A stretch of DNA of 64,000 nucleotides, taken from the NCBI GenBank assembly GCA_036379355.1, contig DASVGV010000081.1:6923-70922 (forward strand), in the 5' to 3' direction. A program made the translations under genes and the position numbers. This DNA is from Mycobacteriales bacterium. Lineage in GTDB: Bacteria > Actinomycetota > Actinomycetes > Mycobacteriales > CAJCIY01. The notes beneath the pieces were generated by a model. It saw only the letters and a list, made by a program, of their open reading frames with translations. It searched no databases and was not told the origin of the DNA. Positions 19,251 through 27,941 of the stretch are shown here, one piece after another. The first letter of the stretch is position 1. Each line of letters starts with the position of its first letter.

Positions 19251-20093
19251 ATGGCGACGGACGCCACGGCGGGAGCCCGGTCCGCGGACCGGGCTCCCGC
19301 ATCCTCCTCGGCCGGCGGTGCTGCTTCCGGTACGCCGCTGCTGCGCCTGTCCAAGATCGGCAAGAGCTTCGGTCCCGTCCAGGCGCTGGCGGACATCGAC
19401 CTGGAGGTCTACCCCGGTGAGGTGCTCGCGCTGGTGGGCGACAACGGGGCCGGCAAGTCGACCCTGATCAAGACCATCTCCGGCATCTGGTCACCGGACA
19501 GCGGCCAGGAGTTCTGGGACGGCCGGCAGGTGCACATCCGGCACCCCCGCGACGCCGCCGCACTCGGTATCGCGACGATGTACCAGGACTTGGCGCTGGC
19601 GGACAACCTCGACATCGTCGAGAACATGTTCCTGGGGCGGGAGACCGTGCGTGCCGGCCTGCTGGACGAGACATCGATGGAGCTGTCCGCACGCCGCACG
19701 CTGTCGGACCTGTCCGTGACGACCGTTCGGTCCATCCGCCAGCCGGTGGGCTCGCTGTCCGGCGGGCAGCGCCAGGCGGTCGCCGTCGCGCGGGCCGTGC
19801 TCGAGGAAGCCAAGCTCGTGATCATGGACGAGCCGACCGCAGCGCTGGGCGTGTCCCAGACCGCGATGGTGCTCGATCTCGTGCGCAGCCTCAGCGAGCG
19901 CGGGGTGGCCGTCCTGCTGATCTCGCACAACCTCAACGACGTGTTCGCCGTGGCGGACCGGCTGGCGGCGCTCTACCTCGGCCGGCTCGCCGGAACGGCA
20001 CGCATCGCCGACATCGACAGCCAGCAGGCGGTGGCGCTCATCACGACGGGGTCTCTCACCCCGGTGGGGGCGCATTCCGCCAGGAAGGACTGA
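19251..20093 (+). CDS. sugar ABC transporter ATP-binding protein, single nucleotide-binding domain (about 280 aa)
   Basis: This is the 3' part of ORF 18732..20093. ATG 19251 lies 2 nt after the SBP stop. There is one Walker A 'GDNGAGKST', '[22 protein letters not shown]', one 'LSGGQRQ', 'LVIMDEPT' and 'LLISHN'. Confidence 0.9.
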   Translation: [280 protein letters not shown]

Positions 20094-20098
20094 CCGCC

Positions 20099-21430
20099 AT
20101 GTCGATGCCTCCCTCCCAGGCCGAGCTGCCGGCCGAGTCCACGCCCACCGACGTCGGCTTCGTCGACGAGGCCGCGGCGGGCTCGCCGGACCGGTTCGCC
20201 GTCAACGAGCTGACGGCGAACTCGTTCGTCGAGTACGCACGCGCGCTGGGCAAGCGCATCCGCAGCGGTGAGAGCGGTGCGCTGCCGGTCGTCATCGGCC
20301 TCGTGGTCATCGTGGCGATCTTCCAGTCACAGAACTCCAAGTTCCTGTCCACCGGCAACCTGACCAACCTGATCGAGCAGTCCGGCGTGTTCGTCATCCT
20401 CGGGATGGCGGAGGTCTTCGTCCTGCTGCTGGCCGAGATCGACCTGTCCGTCGGGTACGTCGGCGCGGTGGGCGCGACCGTCACCGCCGAGCTGGCGACG
20501 AACCCGCACAACGTCAACTGGTTCCTGGCCTGTCTGGCCGGCCTGGGTGTGTGCGCGGTCATCGGTGCGGTCCAAGGGTTGCTCATCACGCGGCTCGGCC
20601 TGCCGTCCTTCGTCGTGACCCTGGCGGGTCTGCTCGGCTTCGAAGGGGTGCTGCTCTACCTCATCCAGCACGACAAGGCGGCTACCGGCGGCACGATCCC
20701 GGTCACGAACAAGGTGATCAACGACATCATCAACGGCTCGTTGTCGAACACCGTGGGCTGGATCGTGATGGTCATCGTGGTGGTCGCGTACGGCGCCATC
20801 AGCGTCCTGCAGAACCGCCGGCGCCGCGCGAGCGGGCTCGTGACTGCGCCGCTCGCGCTCGTCGCCATCAAGGTCGGCGCGGTGGCGGTCGTCGGCGTCG
20901 TGCTCGTGCTCGTCTGCAATGCCAACCGCGGCCTGGGGCTGACCAAGCTCGAAGGGGTGCCGTGGATCGTGCCGATCCTGCTGGTGCTGCTGGTCGTCTA
21001 CTCGGTGCTGCTCGGGCGCACCCGGTTCGGCCGCTACCTGTACGCGATCGGGGGCAACGCCGAGGCAGCCCGCCGTGCGGGCATCAGCCTGAAGACCATC
21101 CGGCTGTTCGCATTCGTCCTGTGCAGCGTCACCTCCGGCCTCGGCGGCATCGTCTACCTGTCCCAGCTGGGGTCCATCTCCAGCAACGTCGACGGCGGCA
21201 ACCTCGTGCTGTACGCCATCGCCGCCGCCGTCATCGGCGGCACCAGCCTGTTCGGCGGGCGCGGCAAGATGATCCACGCGCTCCTGGGCGGCCTCATCAT
21301 CGCCGCGGTCTACAACGGCATGGGCCTGATCGGGCTGAGCGCGGCCGCGCAGTTCATGGTCACGGCGCTGGTCCTGCTGGCGGCCGTCACGGTCGACGCC
21401 GTCTCCCGCCGCGGCCGGACCAGCGCCTGA
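20099..21430 (+). CDS. sugar ABC transporter permease (XylH/RbsC-type, with a ~60-aa cytoplasmic N-terminal extension)
   Basis: 443 aa with multiple hydrophobic helices. Motifs typical of CUT2 permeases are 'GMAEVFVLLLAEIDLSVGY' and 'GRYLYAIGGNAEAARRAGI'. Confidence 0.9.
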   Translation: MSMPPSQAELPAESTPTDVGFVDEAAAGSPDRFAVNELTANSFVEYARALGKRIRSGESGALPVVIGLVVIVAIFQSQNSKFLSTGNLTNLIEQSGVFVILGMAEVFVLLLAEIDLSVGYVGAVGATVTAELATNPHNVNWFLACLAGLGVCAVIGAVQGLLITRLGLPSFVVTLAGLLGFEGVLLYLIQHDKAATGGTIPVTNKVINDIINGSLSNTVGWIVMVIVVVAYGAISVLQNRRRRASGLVTAPLALVAIKVGAVAVVGVVLVLVCNANRGLGLTKLEGVPWIVPILLVLLVVYSVLLGRTRFGRYLYAIGGNAEAARRAGISLKTIRLFAFVLCSVTSGLGGIVYLSQLGSISSNVDGGNLVLYAIAAAVIGGTSLFGGRGKMIHALLGGLIIAAVYNGMGLIGLSAAAQFMVTALVLLAAVTVDAVSRRGRTSA

Positions 21431-21454
21431 GCGGGCCCCTATCCTGAGCGCACG

Positions 21455-22303
21455 GTGACGCGGCCGCGGCGAGGAGGTGCCTGGGTGGTGGACCCGGAGG
21501 AGCCGAACGCCGCGGAGCGCCGACGCTGGAACGACGAGCGCTGGACCGAGCGCTGGCCCAAGCGCGAGGCGCTGACCGGCGCGGTCACCGGAGTGCTGCT
21601 CGACGGGCTGGGCCCTGTCGCGGGCCAGCGGCTGCTCGACGTGGGGGCCGGCGGGGGAGGCACGAGCATCGCGGCCGGCCGCCTCGTCGGCGACGGAGCC
21701 GTGGTCGGCGCCGACATCTCCGCGCCGCTGGTGCGCTTCGCCCGTGACCGTGCGGCCGCCGCGCGGGCGGTCAACGTCTCCTTCGTCGTGGCGGACGTGC
21801 AGTGCGACACCGTTCCCGGTGGGCCCTTCGACGCGGCGCTCAGCCAGTTCGGGGTCATGTTCTTCGACGAGCCGAGTGTCGCCTTCGCGAACATCAGAAA
21901 TCAGCTCGTGCCGGGTGGCCGGCTCGCGTTCGCCTGCTGGCAGCCGCCCGAGCGCAACCCCTGGTTCGTCGGTCCGATGCTGGCCGAGTACCTGCCGCCT
22001 CCTCCGCCGCCCGCACCGGGGAAGAGCCCGACAGGACCGTTCAGCCTGAGCGATCCGGACCACACGCGGAACGTGCTGGCGGCGGCGGGCTGGCGCGACA
22101 TCGCGCACCGGGGCCACGAGGTCGTCGTGACCGTCGACCGGTCGGCCCTCGCGGACGACGACACGTTCGCGTCGCTCGACCTGCCCGCCGCGGGTGTCGA
22201 GCAGGCCCGGCGCGACGTCGACGCGCGGCTCGACCGGCTGCGCGACGCCGACGGCCGCATGCGGGCCCCGCTGGCCTTCTGGGTCGTCACTGCCACCGCC
22301 TGA
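21455..22303 (+). CDS. class I SAM-dependent methyltransferase
   Basis: 282 aa. Motif I 'LLDVGAGGGGTS' is followed by 'VGADIS' and 'PGGRLAF'. It contains a 'LPPPPPPAPG' poly-proline run. The start is uncertain; I used GTG 21455. Confidence 0.78.
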   Translation: MTRPRRGGAWVVDPEEPNAAERRRWNDERWTERWPKREALTGAVTGVLLDGLGPVAGQRLLDVGAGGGGTSIAAGRLVGDGAVVGADISAPLVRFARDRAAAARAVNVSFVVADVQCDTVPGGPFDAALSQFGVMFFDEPSVAFANIRNQLVPGGRLAFACWQPPERNPWFVGPMLAEYLPPPPPPAPGKSPTGPFSLSDPDHTRNVLAAAGWRDIAHRGHEVVVTVDRSALADDDTFASLDLPAAGVEQARRDVDARLDRLRDADGRMRAPLAFWVVTATA

Positions 22304-22323
22304 CGTCCCGACCTGGAGGCACT

Positions 22324-23631
22324 GTGCAGGACCGTTCGCCCCGGCCCGGTTCGCTGGAGCCGATCGAGACGGCGTCCGTCGACGAGCTGCGGGCGCTGCA
22401 GCTCGACCGCATGCAGTGGTCGCTGGCCCATGCGTACGAGAACGTCGCGCACTACCGGCGTGCCTTCGACGCGGCCGGTGTCCACCCGTCGGATCTGCGG
22501 ACGCTGGCGGACCTGTCCCGATTCCCGTTGACCAGCAAGGACGACCTGCGCGCCGGCTACCCGTTCGGCATGTTCGCCGTGCCGCGCGAGCAGGTGGTGC
22601 GCATCCACGCCTCGTCGGGGACGACGGGGCGCCCCACGGTGGTCGGCTACACGGAGCGGGACATCCGTACCTGGGCGGCGCTGATGGCCCGGTCCATCCG
22701 TGCGTCGGGCGGCCGCCCCGGCGACATCGTGCACGTGGCGTACGGCTACGGGCTGTTCACCGGTGGGCTCGGTGCGCACTACGGCGCAGAAGCGTTGGGC
22801 TGCACGGTGATCCCGGTGTCCGGCGGGATGACCGAGCGTCAGGTCACGCTGATCCGGGACTTCGCCCCCGACGTGATCATGGTGACGCCGTCGTACATGC
22901 TGGCGATCGTCGACGAGATGGAGCGGCAGGGCATCGACCCGCGATCCAGCTCCCTCGCGGTCGGCATCTTCGGCGCTGAGCCCTGGACGAACGACATGCG
23001 CGGGGAGATGGAGAGCCGGCTCGACATGCACGCGGTCGACATCTACGGGCTGTCCGAGGTGATGGGGCCCGGCGTCGCCAACGAGTGCGTCGAGACCAAG
23101 GACGGGCTGCACGTCTGGGAGGACCACTTCTACCCCGAGGTCATCGACCCGGATACGGGTGCGGTGCTGGCCGACGGCGAGCGTGGCGAGCTGGTGTTCA
23201 CGTCGCTGACCAAGGAGGCGATGCCGGTCGTCCGCTACCGGACGCGCGACCTGACGCGCCTGCTGCCCGGGACGGCCCGCACCATGCGCCGCATGGAGAA
23301 GGTCACCGGACGTACCGACGACATGATCATCCTGCGTGGCGTCAACCTGTTCCCCACCCAGATCGAAGAGCTGATCCTGCGCGTTCCCGCTCTCTCACCG
23401 CACTTCCAGTGCGTTCTGCATCGGACCGGTCCGCTCGACGAGCTGACCGTGCGCGTCGAACGCCGCCCGGACGTCCCGCCGTCCGGCGCCGAAGCCGCCG
23501 GCCGGGAGCTGACCGCGCTGGTGAAGGGCGCCATCGGCGTCTCGGTCGCCGTCGACGTGCAGGAGCCGGGGCACGTAGAGCGGTCGGCGGGGAAGATGCG
23601 CCGCGTCGTCGACGAGCGTCCGCGGAGGTGA
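22324..23631 (+). CDS. phenylacetate-CoA ligase family (PaaK-like adenylate-forming enzyme)
   Basis: This is the 3' part of ORF 21802..23631. GTG 22324 lies after GGAGG. Motifs are 'RIHASSGTTGRPTVV', 'YGLSEVMGPGV' and 'VRYRTRDLT...GRTDDMIILRGVNLFPTQIE'. Confidence 0.85.
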   Translation: MQDRSPRPGSLEPIETASVDELRALQLDRMQWSLAHAYENVAHYRRAFDAAGVHPSDLRTLADLSRFPLTSKDDLRAGYPFGMFAVPREQVVRIHASSGTTGRPTVVGYTERDIRTWAALMARSIRASGGRPGDIVHVAYGYGLFTGGLGAHYGAEALGCTVIPVSGGMTERQVTLIRDFAPDVIMVTPSYMLAIVDEMERQGIDPRSSSLAVGIFGAEPWTNDMRGEMESRLDMHAVDIYGLSEVMGPGVANECVETKDGLHVWEDHFYPEVIDPDTGAVLADGERGELVFTSLTKEAMPVVRYRTRDLTRLLPGTARTMRRMEKVTGRTDDMIILRGVNLFPTQIEELILRVPALSPHFQCVLHRTGPLDELTVRVERRPDVPPSGAEAAGRELTALVKGAIGVSVAVDVQEPGHVERSAGKMRRVVDERPRR

Positions 23632-23656
23632 GGCCGCGGCCTGAGAGGCTGCTGCG

Positions 23657-25786
23657 GTGACCATCCGCGGCATCGCCTACGGCGGCGACTACAACCCCGA
23701 GCAGTGGCCCCGAGAGGTGTGGGCCGAGGACGTGGCGCTGATGCAGCGTGCCGGGGTCAACCTCGTCACGGTCGGCGTGTTCGCCTGGTCCCGGATCCAG
23801 TCCGGTCCGGGGCAGTTCGACCTGGGGTGGATCGACGAGGTCCTGGACCTGTTGTACGACGGCGGGATACGGGTCGACCTGGCCACGGCCACCGCCTCGC
23901 CGCCGTCCTGGCTGGTCGCGGCCCACCCCGAGATGCTGCCGGTCCGCGCCGACGGAGTGCGCCTGGGACCCGGTTCGCGCCAGCACTTCTGCCCGAGCTC
24001 ACCTGCCTACCGGGCGGCGGCCCTCGAGCTGGTCGCGGTCCTGGCCGACCGGTACCGCGACCATCCGGCGCTCGAGCTCTGGCACATCGGCAACGAGTAC
24101 GGCTGCCACGTCCCCGCCTGCCACTGCGAGGTCTCGCAGACGGCGTTCCGGGCGTGGCTGCGAGCACGCTACGGCGACGACCTGGCCGCGCTGAACTCCG
24201 CCTGGGGCACCGACTTCTGGAGCCAGCGGATCACGGCCTGGGACGAGATCCGCACGCCGGCCGCCGCCCCGACATTCCTGAACCCCACGCTGCAGCTGGA
24301 CTTCGCGCGCTTCTCGTCCGGCGAGCTGCTCGGCTGCTACCGCGCCGAACGGGACGTGCTCGCCGCGCGGTCGCCGGGAATGCCCGCGACCACCAACCTC
24401 ATGACGTTCTTCCGGCCGGTCGACTCCTGGTCGTTCGCCCCGTACATGGACGTCCAGTCGGTGGACTGCTACCCGGACCCGGCCGACCCGGCGGCGCACC
24501 TGACCATGGCAGCCGCCGGCGACATCACCCGGTCGCTGGGTGGCGGGCAGCCCTGGATCCTCATGGAGCAGGCGCCCGCCGCCGTGAACTGGCGGTTCGT
24601 CAACGTTCCCAAGGCCCCGGGCCAGCTCCGCGAGCTGTCGCTGACGGCGGTCGCCCGCGGCAGCGACGGCATCCTCCAGTTCCAGTGGCGCGCCTCGGTC
24701 GCCGGAGCGGAGAAGTTCCACTCGGGGATGGTGCCGCACGCCGGCACCGACACCCGGGTGTTCCGGGAGGTCGAAGCCCTCGGGCGTGACCTTGCCGCGC
24801 TGGCTCCGGTGGCCGGGACCCGCGTGACCGCCGACGTCGCGATCCTGCTCGACTGGGAGAGCTGGTGGGCGCTGGAGCTCGAGGCGCACCCGAGCGGCTA
24901 CGTGTGGTGGGTGATCACCTTCCAGCACCTGTACGCCGCGCTGTTCGACGCCCACGTCACCGTCGACGTGGCCCATCCCGCGGCCGACCTCAGCGGCTAC
25001 CGGCTGGTCATCGCCCCGCACATCTACCTGGTCAGCGACGCGGCCGCGGAGAACCTCACGACGTTCGTACGATCGGGCGGAACCGCTCTGGTGACGTACT
25101 TCTCGGGCATCGTCGACCCGGACGACCACGTCCGGCCCGGCAGCTACCCGGCGCCGTGGAAGGACCTGCTCGGCCTGCACGTCGAGGAGCACTGGCCGCT
25201 GGCCGAGGGAGCCACCGACCTTCTCGGCGGCACCCTCGCCGGCCCGTCCGCGAGCGCTTCGCTGTGGCGGGAACAGGTGCACCTGCACGGCGCGGAGCCG
25301 CTGCTGACCTTCGGGTCCGCGCCGCTCGCGGGTTCGCCCGCCGCCACCCGGCACGCGTACGGCGACGGGCTGGCGGTCTACCTGGCCACCTGGCCGGACC
25401 GGGAGACGCTCGCCTCGCTGCTGGCGTGGACGTGCGAGCGGGCGCGCGTGCGACCGGTCCTGGACGCGCCCGCGGGAGTCGAGGCGGTCCGCCGCGGCGA
25501 CGTGCTCTTCCTGATCAACCACACCGCGGAACCCACCGCCGTGGACCTCCCGGAGCCGGGCCGCGACCTGCTGTCCGGACGGTCCCTGTCCGGCCGGATC
25601 ACGCTCGCGCCACGGGACGCCGTGGCGCTCGTCGGTGTTGCCGACGTGCCGGCAGACCTCGTGGGCACCGTGCACGGGGACGGACCCGTGGCGGGCGCCG
25701 CCGGTGACCTGCGCCGCCGCATCGAGGACCTGCCCGACGGGCGCCGCCGCACCTCCTACCGGCGCGGGCTCGACCGCCGGCCGTGA
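23657..25786 (+). CDS. GH42 beta-galactosidase
   Basis: 709 aa with 'GGDYNPEQWPREVW..D..LM..AGVNLVTVGVFAWS' and the acid/base motif 'WHIGNEYG'. 4-nt overlap with galT. Confidence 0.9.
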   Translation: MTIRGIAYGGDYNPEQWPREVWAEDVALMQRAGVNLVTVGVFAWSRIQSGPGQFDLGWIDEVLDLLYDGGIRVDLATATASPPSWLVAAHPEMLPVRADGVRLGPGSRQHFCPSSPAYRAAALELVAVLADRYRDHPALELWHIGNEYGCHVPACHCEVSQTAFRAWLRARYGDDLAALNSAWGTDFWSQRITAWDEIRTPAAAPTFLNPTLQLDFARFSSGELLGCYRAERDVLAARSPGMPATTNLMTFFRPVDSWSFAPYMDVQSVDCYPDPADPAAHLTMAAAGDITRSLGGGQPWILMEQAPAAVNWRFVNVPKAPGQLRELSLTAVARGSDGILQFQWRASVAGAEKFHSGMVPHAGTDTRVFREVEALGRDLAALAPVAGTRVTADVAILLDWESWWALELEAHPSGYVWWVITFQHLYAALFDAHVTVDVAHPAADLSGYRLVIAPHIYLVSDAAAENLTTFVRSGGTALVTYFSGIVDPDDHVRPGSYPAPWKDLLGLHVEEHWPLAEGATDLLGGTLAGPSASASLWREQVHLHGAEPLLTFGSAPLAGSPAATRHAYGDGLAVYLATWPDRETLASLLAWTCERARVRPVLDAPAGVEAVRRGDVLFLINHTAEPTAVDLPEPGRDLLSGRSLSGRITLAPRDAVALVGVADVPADLVGTVHGDGPVAGAAGDLRRRIEDLPDGRRRTSYRRGLDRRP

Positions 25787-26760
25787 GCGAGCGCCGGTAC
25801 GACCCGACCGCCGCCGAGTGGGTGACGTTCGCCTCGCACCGGCAGGACCGCACCTTCCAACCGGCCGCCGAGCACTGCCCGCTGTGCCCGCAGCGCCCGG
25901 GTGGGCCGCCGACCGAGGTCGGTCCCGAGCCGTTCGACATGGCGGTCTTCGACAACAGGTTTCCCTCGTACCAGCCGAATCCGCCCGATCCTGATGTCGC
26001 CGGCGACGACCTGCTCCAGGTACGACGGTCGTACGGCCGGTGCGAGGTGGTCGTCTACACGCCGGACCACGAGGGCTCGCTCGCCGGTCTCGGCACCGCG
26101 GGTGCGCGGACGCTCGTCGACGTCTGGACCGACCGCTCGCGCATCCTCGGGGCGGATCCGGCGGTCGCCTACGTGCTTCCGTTCGAGAACCGCGGCGCGA
26201 CCGTCGGGGTGACTCTGCCCCACCCGCACGGCCAGATCTACGCCTACCCGGAGATCCCGCCGCGCCCGGCCCGCGAGCTGGCGGCCGCCGCGACCCACTA
26301 CCGCGCAACGGGCCGCTGCGTGCACTGCGACGTACGGGAGCGCGAGGAGTCCCTCGGCCTCCGCGTGGTCGCGCGCGCCGACGGCTGGGTGGCGTCGGTG
26401 CCGTTCTGGGCGCGCTTCCCGTACGAGCTGCAGCTGCTGGCGCGCCGACACCGACCGTCGCTCGACGGTCTCGAGGATGCCGAGCGGGACGGGCTGGCCG
26501 ACCTGCTGGTACGGGTGCTCGGCGGCTACGACCGGCTGTTCGGCTTCCCGCTTCCGTACGTGCTCGGGGTCTACCAGGCGCCGACCGATGGAGGTCGCTG
26601 GGACCCGGTCAGCCACCTGCGGGTCTCCATCTGCCCGCCGCACCGCGCCGCCGACCGGTTGAAGTACCTCGCCGGGTCCGAGCTCCTGGCCGGCGCATTC
26701 CTCACCGACGTCGCGCCGGAGGCGGCCGCCGCCACCCTGCGGGCCGTGGTCGAGACATGA
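25783..26760 (+). CDS. galT: galactose-1-phosphate uridylyltransferase
   Basis: 325 aa with the zinc site 'HCPLCP' and the active site 'LPHPHGQIYAYP'. Confidence 0.92.
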   Translation: MSERRYDPTAAEWVTFASHRQDRTFQPAAEHCPLCPQRPGGPPTEVGPEPFDMAVFDNRFPSYQPNPPDPDVAGDDLLQVRRSYGRCEVVVYTPDHEGSLAGLGTAGARTLVDVWTDRSRILGADPAVAYVLPFENRGATVGVTLPHPHGQIYAYPEIPPRPARELAAAATHYRATGRCVHCDVREREESLGLRVVARADGWVASVPFWARFPYELQLLARRHRPSLDGLEDAERDGLADLLVRVLGGYDRLFGFPLPYVLGVYQAPTDGGRWDPVSHLRVSICPPHRAADRLKYLAGSELLAGAFLTDVAPEAAAATLRAVVET

Positions 26761-27896
26761 CGGCGGGGGACGCCGGCGCGGGCGCGCCGTTCCGTGCGGC
26801 GTACGGCCGGGAGCCCGACGTGGTGTGGCGATGTCCCGGGCGGGTCAACCTCATCGGCGACCACACCGACCACCAGGGCGGCCTCGCGCTCCCGTTGGCG
26901 ATCGACCGGTACGTCACCGTGGCGGTGGCGAGGCGGGCGGACGGCGTGGTGCGGGTCCGCTCCGCCGACTTCCCGCACGAGGTACGGGGCCCCGTGTCCG
27001 AGCGACCGGAGTCCGGGGGCTGGGCCGCGTACGTGCTGGGGGCGGCCTGGCTGCTGCACCGGCGCGGGGCGCCGGGCGACGGCGCCGACGTGTTCGTGTC
27101 CTCGACCGTGCCGGTCGGCGCGGGCCTGTCGTCGAGCGCCGCCGTCACCTGCGCCTCCGTGCGCGCGCTGGCCGACCTCAGCGGCGTGCGGCTCGACCTG
27201 GCCGAGGTGGCGCGCGTCGCCCAGCAGGTGGAGACCGACGTCGTCGGTGCACCCGTCGGTCTGCTGGACCAGACCGCGGTCCTGTTCGCGGCCGCCGGAA
27301 CGGCCCTGCTGCTGGACTTCGCCACCGGTGGCCGCGAGACAGTGCCGCTGCCCGGCGACCCGTGGCGGCTGGTCGTCGTCGACACGCGGGTGTCGCACGC
27401 CCACGCCGGAGGGGAGTACGCGGACCGCCGCCGGCTCCTCGACGAGGCCCGCCAACGGCTGGCCGTCGCGAGCCTCTCCGACCTCGGCCCGGCGGACGTC
27501 GACCGTGACCGCGGCGCGCTCGGGTCCGCGTACCGCGCGGTGCGGCACGTCGTCACCGAGAACGACCGTGTCCGCCGTACCGCAGATGCCCTGCGGCGCA
27601 GAAACTTCCGGGAGGTTGGCGCGCTCATGGTGCAGTCTCACGAGTCGCTGCGCGACGACCTGGAGGTCTCCTGCCCCGAGCTCGACCTGGCGGTCGGCGT
27701 GGCGCTGGACGCCGGCGCGGCCGGCGCGCGCATGACCGGCGGGGGGTTCGGCGGTTCCGCCATCGTGCTGGCCACCTCCGACGTCGGGGAGCAGCTGACC
27801 TCCGCGCTGGACCGCGCCTTTGCGGCGGCGGGCTTCGCGGCGCCGGCCGCCTTCCCGGTGGCCGCCGTCGACGGCGCGCGCCTCCTGACCGACTGA
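26757..27896 (+). CDS. galK: galactokinase
   Basis: This is the 3' part of ORF 26040..27896, with an ATGA overlap with galT. It has the signature 'PGRVNLIGDHTDHQGG', GHMP motif 'VPVGAGLSSSAA' and 'GGGFGGSAI'. Confidence 0.92.
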   Translation: MTAGDAGAGAPFRAAYGREPDVVWRCPGRVNLIGDHTDHQGGLALPLAIDRYVTVAVARRADGVVRVRSADFPHEVRGPVSERPESGGWAAYVLGAAWLLHRRGAPGDGADVFVSSTVPVGAGLSSSAAVTCASVRALADLSGVRLDLAEVARVAQQVETDVVGAPVGLLDQTAVLFAAAGTALLLDFATGGRETVPLPGDPWRLVVVDTRVSHAHAGGEYADRRRLLDEARQRLAVASLSDLGPADVDRDRGALGSAYRAVRHVVTENDRVRRTADALRRRNFREVGALMVQSHESLRDDLEVSCPELDLAVGVALDAGAAGARMTGGGFGGSAIVLATSDVGEQLTSALDRAFAAAGFAAPAAFPVAAVDGARLLTD

Positions 27897-27941
27897 CGCG
27901 CTCCCGGCGGCGCCCCGGCCGCACGTGTACGGTCGCGCGTC

